The notes: a model not told the origin generated them from the sequence alone. A stretch of DNA of 64,000 nucleotides from Eledone cirrhosa (GCA_964016885.1 OZ024755.1:6076001-6140000), one strand, 5' to 3'; counted from the first letter of the stretch, positions 1 through 14,941 are shown. Program-made: numbers and translations.

Positions 1-504
1 GAGTGTTTAGAAATATAAGGAAAATACAAACAAAGCACTGATCCCCTCATCAGTTATCTGCTGTGGGTCTCGGACGTTTGACATAACAGCATATTTCATT
101 TCAAATAATTTGCTTCTACTATAAATAAAAGCATGAATACCATACTATCCTGTTTATCTGTGGATACATATGCAGCTATTTACGTAGATATGTGAAACTA
201 ATATCTTTCGGAAAGCCATGAATATCATATACGTAGTTCCAGCACAACTATTAAGACTAACTAGGAAGCCGCCTTCTGCGAAGACCTCAGAGAGGTGAAT
301 TACTGAACCTGCGATCAATAAATATATAAATCACTAAAAATCATCGATGTGAAGCGGTGATGTGGAAATATATAGGACGGTGGAGATTGAAGTAAGTTAT
401 TATAAACTGTAGCATAATCTAGAGTGGGTGAGGGGAGACTTTTAGAAAAAAATGCTGGTTTAGTAATTTGTTTAGTGTGGTCATAGTAAGAAGTGTCAAA
501 ATGT

Positions 505-775
505 AGGTTTGCAAGTTTGGATATGTGATTAGAATGTCTCAGGAAAGAATCGCTGGACAGAATTTACGGGCAAAACCAACCGTCAAGAGACCCAAGAGCG
601 GACCTCAACAAGATAGTTGGATAACATCCATGAACTTGGCTGGTGTCGTTTGGAGATCCAGCCAGATCAGTTGGAGACGGTTGCTTCGGACATGACCCAC
701 TGGAAGGAGTGTTTGAAGACTCTATACCCATGACCCTCTCAGGAATAAGTGGGCAAAGAAGAAAAAGAAGATGGT
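505..775 (+). mobile_element. RTE-clade LINE 3' end, decayed
   Basis: Translates (one frameshift, one stop) as FGYVIRMSQERIAGQNLRAKPTVKRPK...TR*LDNIHELGWCRLEIQPDQLETVASDMTHWKECL. This matches the RTE C-terminal pattern WFGHV.RM...RPRGRP..RW.D...A.DR..WR and is followed by an (AAG)-like tail. Confidence 0.7.
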
Positions 776-1079
776 CGACTTATCCATTTCTCTCGGTTAT
801 TCTCCTTCTCTGGAAGAAATCAGCTGCTTTACAACCTGGGGAGGGATGGGCTCCGCTTGTCTTAAAATGCATAAGACACCACGTGTGTCAAAAAGGCGTC
901 CATTACAACTCTACCAGAAGTAAAGGACTTCCCTTCCTTCTATCCAATCCAAATTGATATTCCAATAAACTCAAATCTATAAAAGCCATTTATTGGGTAC
1001 TTATATTTGACATGAAATCTAAAGCATATTGAACCCAATTCAAAACTGAACCGTACTGTAACAATAATTTCTACTTAAC

Positions 1080-1138
<59 letters not shown>

Positions 1139-1277
1139 TGGAACGGTCGCTAGAAAGGGGTGAAAATGGTGAGAGAAAGATCTGTAAAGGTGAGGATGGT
1201 GAGGGTGAGGGAGAAAAATTAGAGTGTAGATATGAACATAATCTATTATCCAAAATCAATATATTGTAATTTCTGAA

Positions 1278-1341
<64 letters not shown>

Positions 1342-1778
1342 TATAACGGTTTTATTTCTTTTATATTGTTTTTTTCCCTATTATTAATATTTCCGTTCCT
1401 CTATCAGCGCCCCAAGTTTGATTGGTTGTTGTTTTATTTTAAATTTATTTTCATATTTTTTAAAATCTTTTCTGAAATATATTAAAAGTACCTGATGATA
1501 ATGATGATGATGATGGTGGTGGTGGTGATGAGGATGATGATGAATGAACAAATGAGTTGAACTAACAATGAAAATAATAATATTAATAATAATAATAAAA
1601 ACAACGCTTTACTGAGAGAAATACATACATACACATCCATATGTATGCATGTATATATATATATATATATATTATATATACATATGTACATACATATATG
1701 TATATATATGATATTTATACATATATATATATATGTAATATATGTATATATCTATATATATATAAAATAAATATAAAG

Positions 1779-1813
<35 letters not shown>

Positions 1814-2496
1814 ACGATGTAGGGTGAAACAATTCTCTCTATCCCGGATATACATTTTTCGAAACACAATGGTAAAGAACAACAGAAATAAAAATAATAA
1901 TAACAATAACAACAACAACAATTTCATATGTTACAAGGGCATCGAATAAAGAGATCGTTATAAGAGGAAGTAGATGATGATAATGTTGATGATGATGATG
2001 ATGATGATGATAATAGTAAAAAAAAAATATTATCGAAAAGTTATAAAAATAAAATATAATTGGATATTTAGAGTATTGACAACCTCAATTTTGTTCAATA
2101 TATCAGCTTTTGTTGTAGTTAGGGTCACATTTGTTAGAAATACTGGACATTGAAATTTCCTAATGTATTATGGACAGAAGCTAACAGTGAGAGAAGAGAT
2201 AAGTAGCCAATATTTGCATCAGAATCGAATGGTTTGAGTTTTTTTACTAACAAAAGGTATGGTATCGATTAATTTCATTGATTTTTTTCTTTCATTTACA
2301 CTTCTTTCTATCTCTTATCTCACCGACATCTTAATCCCTTACGTTCCACACTCCACACAAATAAATATGAAAATATGTATTGCGCATGTCTACCAGGAAA
2401 CAGTTCTATATAGACAAAAAGAAAAGAATTAAAGTATAAACATGAACCCGATGTGTGTGTATGGGTCTTGATATACATAATTATATATATACATAA

Positions 2497-2539
<43 letters not shown>

Positions 2540-2568
2540 AATATATATATATATATACATAAATATAT

Positions 2569-2599
<31 letters not shown>

Positions 2600-3213
2600 C
2601 ATAAATATATATATATATACTATAGGGTGTATATATATGTACATACAAACTTGCTTGGTAAGCAAAGTGGTGGGATGTTAAAAGTTAAAATACATGTATC
2701 ATATAAATAAATAATTTAATTAACAAACAAATAAACAAACAAACAGATAAATAAATACATGAATGCATAGATCAATAAATATATAGATCATTATACCAGT
2801 CAATTGATTAATGTGTCTATCTAGAAAAAAAAACATACAAAATTATCTATCGTCTTTTTCATACTCAGCAATACGACTACTACTGCCACCATTTATACAA
2901 CATACAATACAGAGAGCAAGGTTTATACAATAGTTTGGCGTTCATTCCCAAGCGTGGAATTCATAACAACACACACAAAACATTTACTCCTACACACCAC
3001 ACATACACGTGAAGAAGGGCTTTCGTCGGTCTCGACGACGAATTTTCGAGTTGTTTGATCAACGGAACAGCCTACTCGTGAAACCAAACTATTAAACTAC
3101 ACTACATTGCTGGAGACTTTGTCTGGATTCTATTGTAAGATTCTGTTGCCATATATTCGGAATTAGATGTAACAATACACACACACATTATATATATATA
3201 TATATATATATAC

Positions 3214-3403
3214 AATAATTGTTTCTACTTTTGGCACAAGGCCAGCAATTACCCAGTGCATTACTGGTACTTATTTTATCGACTCCGTAAGGATGAAAGG
3301 TAAAGTTAACCTCGGCGGGATTTGAACTCAGAATGGCAAGGGCCGTAACACTATGCGTCAAAGCATGGCGTCCGACCCTCTACCGATACTGCCAATCCAC
3401 CAC
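3214..3403 (-). mobile_element. tRNA-derived SINE family A, full length
   Basis: Element strand has A box TGGCAGTATCGG and B box GAGTTCAAATCCC and ends GGCCTTGTGCC..AGTAGAAACAATT. About 20 similar copies in the window. Confidence 0.9.
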
Positions 3404-3420
3404 TTTATATATGTATATAT

Positions 3421-3550
3421 ACAATAATAACAACACAACCGGTACAGTGTATGGGAGGAATATATTAGGTCAACGCTGGAAATAGCAGGAAGAGAGTCTT
3501 AGCGTTTCGGAAGCTAGTCCTTCATCAGAAGAAAGAATGAGAAATTAGAA
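3421..3550 (-). mobile_element. Short hammerhead-bearing element, family H1 (Penelope-like terminus), copy 1
   Basis: Closely similar to 6233-6368, abuts (TA)n, contains a minimal hammerhead motif. Confidence 0.7.
3497..3532 (-). ncRNA. Minimal type I hammerhead ribozyme motif (U16.1 mutated to C)
   Basis: UCUU-CUGAUGA-A-GGA(cuagcu)UCC-GAAA-CGC-U-AAGA: stem I UCUU/AAGA, stem II hairpin, palindromic stem III degraded from ACGU. Confidence 0.7.
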
Positions 3551-3619
3551 AGATTGAAGGGACGGGCGGGGTGGAATTGGAAAAATGTTTTTAGAGAAAA
3601 ATAACAGGTCTATTCATGT

Positions 3620-3661
<42 letters not shown>

Positions 3662-3770
3662 ATATATATATATATATATGTGTAAATATATATATATATA
3701 TATATATGTGTGTATATATATATATATATGTGTGTATATATATATATATATGTGTATATATATATATGTG

Positions 3771-3819
<49 letters not shown>

Positions 3820-4183
3820 GCGTGCGTGTGCGTGCGTGTGCGTGCGTGCAGGCGCTCTATGTATAGCAAGAAAGATGTGTTTGTTCTCTAGGAGTAATTT
3901 AAATGAAGCAAAAGCTGACTATATGATTTGTTAATCGTTCACATGACACACAGACAAAAAAACACAAAAACACAATGATACAAACATACAAACACACAAA
4001 TACTATAATAATTATTTGAAATAGTCTCGTGGATTAGACTTTATCCAATTCTTTATTACTAATGGCGGTGTCAAGTAACCAAGGTTAAACAAACAGCGAG
4101 AACATGTTTTCCTACTAAATATTATATTGCTCATAAAACTGTCAGGCTGTCACAAATAAAACATCGTTAATACTGGCTTACTT

Positions 4184-4710
4184 ATGGAAGGCATCGTGTC
4201 TGTTGCCTCGTCTGTCTGTGTATCTGTCTGTCTAGAAGGCATTACATCTGTCTGTCTGTTTATCTCTCTGGAAGACACCATGTCTGTTACATCTGTTTGT
4301 CTGTTTATCTCTCTGGAAGGCACCATGTCTGTTACATCTGTCTGTCTGTTTATCTCTCTGGAAGGCACCATGTCGGTTACATCTGTCTGTCTGTTTATCT
4401 CTCTGGAAGACACCATGTCTGTTACATCTGTCTGTCTGTCTCTCTCTGGAAGGCACCATGTCTGTTACATCTGTCTCTTTGTCTGTCTGGAAGGCACCAT
4501 GTCTGTTACATCAGTCTATCTGTCTCTCTGGAAGGCACCATGTCTGTTACATCTGTCTCTCTGGAAGGCACCATGTCTGTTACATCTGTCTCTCTGGAAG
4601 GCACCATGTCTGTTACATCTCTCTGTCTGTCTCTCTAGAAGGCACCATGTCTGTTACATCTGTCTGTCTGTCTCTCTGGAAGGCACCATGTCTGTCTGTC
4701 TCTGTCTGTA
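4184..4710. repeat. Minisatellite, 27-39 bp unit CTCTGGAAGGCACCATGTCTGTTACAT(CTGT)n
   Basis: About 14 tandem units visible directly. Source of several spurious ORFs. Confidence 0.95.
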
Positions 4711-5147
4711 TTTTCACTATATGTGAAATTAATGGTGATGACAACGATGATGATGATGTTTCAGACGAAGATGATTATATGATAATATTATGACAGCAAT
4801 GTCGACAGAGATGAGGGTTATGATGATGATGATGATGATGATGATGACCATGCTTTTAATGATGATGATGATAGGGATGATGATTATATGATGACTGACG
4901 ATGATTATAAGATGATGACGACGATAAGGATAATAATTTTATGATGACTTTGATGATGATGATGATAATGTTGATTATATGATGATGATGATAATGATGA
5001 TAATGATGATGATGATGATTTCACCTTACGTGAAAATATAACTACTGGGCGTCGCTATTATCAATTACATCGCTGTTGTGTAGTGTTCCAGCATGGCCAC
5101 AGTTTAATGGCTGAAACCAATAAAAGAATATAGAGAAATGAACTCAC

Positions 5148-5246
5148 CGTACTCTGCATACAATTCCATGCATGGGTGTCTCTGTCATCTTCTCCATACG
5201 ATTCATTGAGAGACATGTATAAGTGATGTCTGAAGTAGTTTTTGAT
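5148..5246 (-). CDS. Tetraspanin, internal exon encoding EC2 helices A/B (IKNYFRHHLYMSLNESYGEDDRDTHAWNCMQST), expected just before the CCG exon
   Basis: Minus strand: tttatttttactttcag|ATCAAAAAC...CAGAGTACG|gtgagt. 99 nt, phase 0/0, open frame. The YG...T.AW..MQ pattern is typical of tetraspanin EC2 and joins the TM3 exon in frame. TM1/2 and CCG exons were not found in the window. Confidence 0.9.
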
Positions 5247-5555
5247 CTGAAAGTAAAAATAAAGAATTTCAGGATTAGCTTGACTTCAGTTAAAGAACAA
5301 ATAACAAAAAATGTTTCCCTTAGATTTAGTTGTCAGTCAAACTTCCCTGATTAACTTTGTTAAACTAACTTGGTTCAATCAAACTGCACATTCAGTCAAC
5401 ATTTAAACATTTTGTGGCTTAGAAAAGAGCTTATATTAATTAGCCAAACTTATTAAATTGTTCAATCTAAGGACCAAATTGTCACTTTGAAAGATTGACG
5501 GAGTGACTGAAATTGCTAGAACTACATACTTACGTATAAATAGATATGATCATGC

Positions 5556-5780
5556 AATAATGGTTTCTTAAATAGGCACAAGCCCAGCAATTTGGGGGGG
5601 AAGGGAAAGTCGATTAAATTGACCCCAGCGCCTGCCTGGTACTTTATTTTATCGACTCCTTAAGGATGAAAGGCAAAGTTAACCTCGGCGGGATTTGAAC
5701 TCAGATCATAAAGGGACGTAACTCTATGCTTGAAAGCATGGTGTCCGACTCTCTACCGATACTGCCAAACCACCACCCTT
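5556..5780 (-). mobile_element. SINE family A, long-tail variant
   Basis: Same head and body plus about 25 extra nt in the tail. Flanked by the direct repeat ATGATCATGCAATAATG. Confidence 0.9.
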
Positions 5781-6201
5781 CAGTCAACAATGATCATGCA
5801 ATAATGAAGATGTTATTTGCATGCTATTCATAGTTAGAAAAGAGTGAATTGATTGTATCGTTTCGTTGTTGAAAGAGAAACAATACTAGCTTAATCCCAT
5901 CTAGGGATGATTTGTAGGATCAGTGGTTAGTGAGTTTGGGAAAGTGACGCATTGTGATAAGTCTCTAAAGATCAGCATACATCTGTATAGGGATATATAT
6001 ATATGTTTGTTTACAAACACACCGAGCATTATAATAAATATTCGGTGAATCCATACGTACATATATATATGTGTGCATGTATGTATATATATATACATAG
6101 TACTGTACGTCTGTATACATATATGTATGTACGTATACATACTTATATTTAAGTAACAGCCGTACTAAGAGTGAGAAATGAAATTACGTTTCATTTTTTC
6201 C

Positions 6202-6232
<31 letters not shown>

Positions 6233-6239
<7 letters not shown>

Positions 6240-6362
6240 AGCAGAAATAACAACACAATCGGTACAATATATAGAAGGAATATATTAGGTTAACGCTTGA
6301 AATAGCAAGAAGAGTGTCTTAACGTTTCGGACGCTAGTCCTTCACCAGAAGAAAGAATGAGA

Positions 6363-6368
<6 letters not shown>
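6233..6368 (-). mobile_element. Hammerhead-bearing element family H1, copy 2
   Basis: Paralogue of 3421-3550, with (TA)n on both sides. Confidence 0.7.
6317..6352 (-). ncRNA. Minimal type I hammerhead ribozyme motif (A6 mutated to G)
   Basis: UCUU-CUGGUGA-A-GGAC(uagc)GUCC-GAAA-C-GU-U-AAGA: palindromic ACGU stem III, GUU triplet. Confidence 0.7.
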
Positions 6369-6397
<29 letters not shown>

Positions 6398-8495
6398 TAC
6401 ATGGAGAGAGAGAGAGAGAAAGGAAGAGTAAGAGAGGAAGAGAGAGAAAGAGAAAGAGAGAGAAAGAGACAGAGAGAGAAAGAGACAGAGAGAGAGTTAG
6501 CGAAAGAGTAGGAGGTTGAAATGTTTGCTGATGATAGAGGGTAGCTTTCGACTGAACCGCAGCAGCTATCTCTATCTATGAATAAACTGCATAGCATATT
6601 TTGGAGCTGTATGCTTCGGATGTCATAAGTTGAACCATATATCTAAAAAGTCTGTTTTAATCACCCACTTAACTTTTTCGGAAGGATCGAGAGAATGCAC
6701 ACGTGCTACCAGGGGAAGTTAGCAATAGGCAATTAAGAATCAGTGCAATTTATAAATGGAAGTAACATAATACAAAGGGGAGAGGATGAAAAGGGAAGAA
6801 AGAATCCAGTTGAAATAAAGCCATGAAATTTGATCTTTGAAAAAATTTGATCCTTGAAATAATTTGATATCTTCAGCAATTTTCCTCAAAGGAATTGATA
6901 ATAATCAGAGAAAAATGATAACAGAGAAACATAATTAAAAACGAACGCATTTTTCTCTTCTTCGTGAAGAAAATCATAGAATCGCAACGGCGTCCATCTT
7001 TTTGCTTAATAAGCGAACTCAAATTGACTGAATTTACTTAATAATAGAAGAGGGCAAGACGTTATTCGTTTGGGAAATTAACAAATGTATAGCAAGTTGG
7101 CTTTCGGTTACTGAAAAATCCCTGGAGAATCAAGAAATAGTTTGTCTTTTATAAATCATTCTTATATAGTCTGAAAAACAATTATGTAAGGCAAGTGAAA
7201 TTTTCCCCATGATAACCATCTTTTAGAACACTCATCGTTGGAACCGATCGAGGCTCAACAGCAACAACAACAATAACAACGATGTATAAATGTCACGCTA
7301 TCTATAAAAATGAAGTATATTTCTAATCTATTACTTTAAAACATTGCGCTTATATAGGTCAATCTAGGTGAATACAAACAGGAAATTAAGCAAATGGAAT
7401 GAACGTAAGAGAGACAATCTCATGAATAAATATAATATATAAATAAATATTATTGATTCAAAGCAAAGAACATTGGATTTACATAACTGCTCCATATATT
7501 CATAGGAGTTGTTTAGAAATTGTTGAAATCAATCATTGTTCCACCTTCAGAGAATTTTAAAGATTCATGACTTAGAAATATAAGATCTTCAAGATAATAT
7601 ACTACTACTACTACTACTAATAATAATGTTTTTCCCTAGGTGTCAGGAAGACACTCGGCATATATCTCAGAAACAATAATGAAAGAAAATACTAAAAAAA
7701 AAAAATAATAATAACAATAATAATAATAAAAAGAAAAATAAACGAAAAAGAAAACCTTCCGAAAACAATGAATTTAGTTTTAAATTTTACACTGTCTAAT
7801 ATTTTTAATAGATAACGTAAAGAGAGACATAGTCATGGTGAAGTTGTTGGGGGCATTTTAAACCTGGCGGCGATAAAGAGAAACAGAGGAGGAACCAATC
7901 TAAGTGAAGATGAATCACACGGAAAAGATGAAAAGCAAATTCGAACGCAGCGAGTTTGAACTGGGAACGTAGTGATCCAGAGCAAACATCGATATAGTTT
8001 TATCTGTTAGTATTCTCAGAATGTGAACATCTTGGTATATTTAACCCTCTTGAAGCCATCAAGCAGAAGTTCAGTACTAAGTCTTTGGAGGCAGATCTAA
8101 TTAATTTAATAAACTGCCTTTCAAAACTAATTTTGAAAAAAAACTTTGGGAGAGTAGAATGAATCCAGGATTAAAATGGTTATTTCAAAAGTTGTAAAAT
8201 ATATATAATTTCAAGAGTTTAGCAAAACTCATAAAAAACGGAATTATTATTGAATAATATCTTTTTCACTGAACATCGCAATAATCTCTAGAAAAAAAAC
8301 ATGACAATACACTTCTTCGTGTAACATTATTTGAACTATTATATATATATATATATAACTTGATTATTTTTTCGTTGCTTTGGTATTATGTGGCTAGGCT
8401 CGCCTGTCGCAGTCTTCAATTTGTCAAGCTATCTAACGTATGTTATTACTCTAAGGTGACACAACCTTATCGAGTGCCTTGCTGCACATTCCTAA

Positions 8496-8780
8496 TTGTG
8501 CAGTGCCTTTGCTCACTATAAAAGCTTCACGGCACAGGCATTGCTTTATATCTGGAGATCTCTCTGCACTTGTCATCACATGGTACCATGGGCCCAGCAC
8601 TATGTGTCAATAATTGTCAAAAGTGTAGTGTTTGTACCAGAGTTTTCAAGTCGCTGGCTGGACTAAAAATCACACTCGTTCAGCTCATCGGTGGGAGTTC
8701 TCCTACATGGATACAAAGTAGTGGCCGTACTCGAAAACGAGTTGGCAGCCACCATGTATGTATGTATGTATGTATGTATG
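8496..8780 (+). mobile_element. 5'-truncated copy of RTE-derived non-autonomous element with (GTAT)n tail
   Basis: Matches the reverse complement of 54328-54590 and 63899-64000. Encodes a frameshifted C2H2 finger [22 protein letters not shown] like RTE C-termini. Confidence 0.75.
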
Positions 8781-9121
8781 TGCGTGTGCGCGTGCGCGTA
8801 TGTGTGTGTGTGTGTGATGTGCTCACATTCCCACACTGGAGACCATGAGTCTGCGGATCAGGGTAGTATTTAAATCTATATTGCAGAGGCGGTGTAGTTA
8901 TATGTGTTGTAACAACGAGGGGCTCAGTCCATTGAGACCATGCCTTTCCTTCTTCTCTCTCTCTCTCTCTCTCTCTCTCTGACATGATAACACAACCATG
9001 GTTAACCATACTTTCCCCTATATAACTACAGAAAAAAAACATATGTAATAAATACACAACTAAAAATATTGTTATGATTAATAAAAGAAAATAACATCGC
9101 GAGGAACAGAAGTTGAAGTAT

Positions 9122-9315
9122 AATAATTATTTCTACTTTTGGCACAAGGCCAGCAATTATCCCAGTGCATTACTGGTACTTTATTTCATCGACCCCGTAA
9201 GGATGAAAGACAAAGTTAACCTCGACGGGATTTGAACTCAGACCATAAAGGGCCGTAACTCTTTGCGTCAAAGCATGGCGTCCGACACTCTACCGATACT
9301 GCCAATCCACCGCCC
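9122..9315 (-). mobile_element. SINE family A
   Basis: Full-length match to the family, with A/B boxes. Confidence 0.9.
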
Positions 9316-9648
9316 TATAATAATAATAATAATAATAATAGAAATAATAGGGAGAAGATAAAGAATGAATAAGCAAATGGAAAAAAATGATGATAACGAA
9401 AAATGTAAAAAGAAATATTAAAGAAAAAGATCTTCTACTGTAAAAGCTTTTATAGATTACAAAACTACATCTTTACATCAGTAGCGGACTCTTTTTATTT
9501 TTCACATTTCCACGTCACATTTTCTACTCTTGTCACCACTCCTACTTTCACTTTACGTGCTTTGTTACTTAACTGATTATCTGACCAAAGCTGGGTGAGA
9601 TGTTGCTTCTTTTTGTTCATTGATTTAGTATACACACACACACACACA

Positions 9649-9748
9649 TTATATATATATAAATATATAAATAAATATATATATATATAAATATATATAT
9701 AAATATATATATATATATAAATATATAAATATATATATAAATATATAA

Positions 9749-9781
<33 letters not shown>

Positions 9782-9810
9782 AATATATAAATATATATAT
9801 AAATATATAA

Positions 9811-9841
<31 letters not shown>

Positions 9842-9846
9842 AATAA

Positions 9847-9897
<51 letters not shown>

Positions 9898-10102
9898 AAT
9901 AAATATATATATAAATATATATATATATATAAAATATATATATATAAATAAATATATATATATATATAAAATATATATATATAAATAAATATATATATAA
10001 ATAAATATATATATAAATAAATATATATATATATAAATAAATATATATATAAATAAATATATATATATATAAATATATATATATATAAATATATATATAA
10101 AT

Positions 10103-10169
<67 letters not shown>

Positions 10170-10976
10170 AATATATATATATATAAATATATATATATAT
10201 AAATATATATATATATAAATATATATATAAATATATATATATATAAATATATATATATATAAATATATATATAAATATATATATATATAAATATATATAT
10301 ATATAAATATATATATAAATATATATATATATAAATATATATATATATAAATATATATATAAATATATATATATATAAATATATATATAAATATATATAT
10401 ATATAAATATATATATAAATATATATATATATAATATATATATAAATATATATATATATAAATATATATATATATAAATATATATATATATAAATATATA
10501 TATATATAAATATATATATATATAAATATATATATATATAAATATATATATATAAATATATATATATAAATATATATATATAAATATATATATATAAATA
10601 TACAATATTAAATAAATGGAAACTATATTTATAAAACCATATTTATTTCATTATATATATTTCAGGGATAACATATTAACAATATGCTATGCCGTTTCGG
10701 ACGATAGATAGATTTGGAATTGGAAAAAATGTCTTTAGATAAAAATAACAGATCCATTCATGTTGACTTATCTTGCAATACTCCAAATATTTGTCGAGTG
10801 CTTTTATATCAGTTATAAATATTTACTAGTTGTAACACAACAATTTAAATATAACTTTCCATATATATAAATATATATATATAAATATATATATATAAAT
10901 ATATATATATAAATATATATATATAAATATATATATAAATATATATATAAATATATATATATAAATATATATATAA

Positions 10977-11013
<37 letters not shown>

Positions 11014-11118
11014 AATATATATATAAATATATATATATATAAATATATATATAAATATATATATAAATATATATATATATAAATATATATATAAATATAT
11101 ATATAAATATATATATAA

Positions 11119-11197
<79 letters not shown>

Positions 11198-11269
11198 AAT
11201 ATATATAAATATATATATAAATATATATAAATATATATATATAAATATATATATATATAAATATATATA

Positions 11270-11303
<34 letters not shown>

Positions 11304-11404
11304 AATATATATATATAAATATATATATATAATATATATATATATATGATATATATATATATATATATGATGTATATATATATATATATGATGTATATAT
11401 GATG

Positions 11405-11453
<49 letters not shown>

Positions 11454-11731
11454 TATATATATATATATGATGTATATATATATGATATATATATATATAT
11501 ATGATGTATATATATATATATATGATGTATAAATATATATATATGATGTATATACATATGATATATATATATATATATATATATGATGTATATATATATG
11601 ATATATATATGATGTATATATATATGATATATATATATATATATATATGATGTATATATATATATGTAAATAAATGTATATATATTGTATATATATATAT
11701 ATATATATATATAGATATATATGATGTATAA

Positions 11732-11775
<44 letters not shown>
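9649..11775. repeat. Interrupted (TA)n satellite arrays (AA- and GATG-punctuated) with a unique spacer at about 10603-10860
   Basis: Directly visible. Confidence 0.95.
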
Positions 11776-11841
11776 GGTGCGTGTGTTTCTTATTGGCAAC
11801 ATGGCCCTCCCAAAGTATAACAATATATATATATATATATA

Positions 11842-11940
<99 letters not shown>

Positions 11941-12059
11941 GTCTGTGTGTGTATTGAAGGCTTTCTAGTGCAATGTCGTTAGATAAGACCGAAACATCAG
12001 GTTGCACTATAAATAAAATCAGTAAAATGACAAAACAGCAACAAAGGCACCGCCATTTC

Positions 12060-12361
12060 TACATCCAGCACTACCATCTTCACCTATACCACCACCACCA
12101 CCACCACCATCATTATTACATCCAGCAGCACCACCACCACCTCCACCACCACCATCATTATTACATCCAGCAGTACCACCACCAGCTACACCACCACCAT
12201 CATCATTATTACATCCAGCAGCACCACCACCACCACCACTACCACCACCACCACTGTCACCACCACCACCATCAACCCCACCACCACCGAATCGACCATG
12301 ACACCTACACTAATTCTCACACTCATTTACTCCCTCCTTCCCATCTTTATTTTACCCACAT

Positions 12362-12400
<39 letters not shown>
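12060..12400. repeat. (CAC)n/(CTA)n trinucleotide repeats with repeated TTACATCCAGCAG
   Basis: Directly visible. Confidence 0.9.
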
Positions 12401-12401
<1 letters not shown>

Positions 12402-12558
12402 GCCAATACAGCTATAACTGTTTGTGTATATATTCATACATATGTATCTCTTTATCTATACATATCTATATCTCAGTCTATATATATATATCTATAAATA
12501 CGTATATATATATATTTATACAGACAAACACATCTTTATACACACACACACACACACG

Positions 12559-12600
<42 letters not shown>

Positions 12601-13224
12601 TATATATATGTATATATACATATATATAGAAGAGTTTCCATTTATTTAAATATATATATATTTATATACACACACTCACACCTGCATGAGTATGATATCT
12701 ATTTAATAATCGGTCAAAGTAACAATTTATACATGCATGCATTAGTTTCCAAAGTATAAGCTAAATATATAACTATATAACTCTATAACGCTATATAATT
12801 ATATCCACATATTGCTGCATGATACAAGAATATCCAAGTATATTCTAACGCATTTGATATGTTACATTTTCTCTAAGATGTTATATTTCTTGTAATATTT
12901 TCTTTGAGAAGAGTTTCTTACCAATTACAACATATTTATGATCCTGTTTTTATAACGAATTACCAATATATGATGCCGAACTTCTGAAGAAAGTCTTTAG
13001 TATCTACATTCTTGATGAACTCTGCTGGGCCATAAATATTTTACACTTTCTCATAATGGTCGATTTTCGTTCAACGTTTTTGAACTTTGGTAATCAGTAT
13101 TGAACGGAATTTATTGGAATCAGGGAGTTTATTACCCAATATTAGCCATAGTTAAGGGATCTGCTTCTTTGAATGCTACTTAATATTACTTTATAGAAGG
13201 TTTTATAGAAATACACACACGCGC

Positions 13225-13830
13225 ATATATATATATGCATAAATATACAAATATATATATATTCATATATATAAGTAAGTATATACATACATATTTATAT
13301 ATAAATACATACATACATATATGCATAAATATACACACATATATATATATTCATATATATAACTATATACATACATATTTATATATAAATATAAATACAT
13401 ACATACATACATATATGCATAAATATACACACATACATTCATATATAAGTATATACATACATATTTATATATAAATATAAATACATATATACATATATAT
13501 ATTCATATATATAAGTATATACATACATATTTATATATAAATATAAATACATATATACATATATATATATTCATATATATAAGTATATACATACATATTT
13601 ATATATAAATATAAATACATACATATATATATATATTCATATATATAAGTATATACATACATATTTATATATAAATATAAATACATATATATATATATTC
13701 ATATATATAAGTATATACATACATATTTATATATAAATATAAATACATACATATATATATTCATATATATAAGTATATACATACATATTTATATATAAAT
13801 ATAAATATATACATACATACATACATACAT
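13225..13830. repeat. TA-derived minisatellite, about 56 bp unit (ATTCATATATATAAGTATATACATACATATTTATATATAAATATAAATACAT)
   Basis: Directly visible tandem units. Confidence 0.9.
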
Positions 13831-13881
13831 ATATTAAGTGAGAGAAGCAGTGAAGAGGACAGTATGCTCAATGTACACACA

Positions 13882-13913
<32 letters not shown>

Positions 13914-14139
13914 CAGTTATACATACACACCCACACGCAAACCCACGTCCCCAACACAAATATACATATACGTGTTATTAATATGTGAAAGTATTAAAAT
14001 GAAATACTCAATACATCGAGTTCAGGTTTTTTCCATTCACCAAATGATGAATGGCGCTTACGAGAGCGGTCCTACAACCATGATCCGAATACACTTATTA
14101 TGAAGCAATGCAACTCCTCCACATCCTCATAATAATAAT

Positions 14140-14210
14140 AATAATTGTTTCTACTTTAGGCACAAGGCCAGCAATTATCCAGTGCATCACTGGTACTTTA
14201 TTTTATCGAC
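14140..14210 (-). mobile_element. SINE family A, 3' fragment (5'-truncated) in (AAT)n
   Basis: Tail-only match. Confidence 0.85.
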
Positions 14211-14895
14211 CATAATAATAATAATAATAATACTGCAACCATCTCCCCCCCCATTCCCGTCCTTCCCCACCTACACCTATTTCGTCACTCACATCTCAAG
14301 CCCCACCTCACCTTATTCATCATCAACAGTAACTTCTACTTTGATCACTGTTTTGCAATCTACCCCACACACCGTTAAACCACGCTACCTACACATCGCC
14401 ACTCTACCCTACCTTACGCAATCCAACATTACCTTACACCTACACTACCCAACCCTACGCTACACTACCCAATTAACCCATCTGCTTGCTCGTTCTCGCC
14501 TCGCCTCACCTCCTTCCATTGCCATCCCTCCATTAGAAAATCTTTAAAAGAATCTTTGGAAGCGGCATCGTTTCCTGTTAGTCACTTCACGTACGTTGCT
14601 AATGTTTATGTGAAATTGTGTTCAGTATTTATACTTGGCTGTTTATTCTGACGGTTATAGACTTTCTGTTGAAAGCTTTACACAAAACAGGCGTTTGACA
14701 CCTGAGTGTAATGTTTACGTGCGCTTGCACAGCCTGCAAGAGCACCCGTGTGTGTGGTTTTATGTGTGTGTGAGTGTGTGTGTGTGTGTGTGTGTTTGAG
14801 AGTGAGTGTGTGTATGCTTGTATATGAAGACATGAGTATTTGTATAGGTGTATATGCAGAGTTGTGTAAGGATTGGTGTATCTATTAATGTGCAA

Positions 14896-14941
<46 letters not shown>

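Noticed and set aside
1-5147. Search for the tetraspanin CCG exon (and the TM2 exon in 59195-64000)
   Set aside because: No matching spliceable frame found by eye. Presumed outside the window.
9649-12007. Long YI-repeat ORFs (also 15111-15847, 23673-24292, 51833-52504, 54793-55900)
   Set aside because: Stop-free translations of (TA)n satellites with no coding complexity.
11973-12497. His-rich 174-aa ORF
   Set aside because: Built from (CAC)n, (CTA)n and TA repeats, with no splice or domain support.
12860-13190. Possible LINE endonuclease relic (NIYGP, minus strand); similar weak RT-like traces at about 32860-32970
   Set aside because: Only isolated short motifs amid stops and frameshifts.
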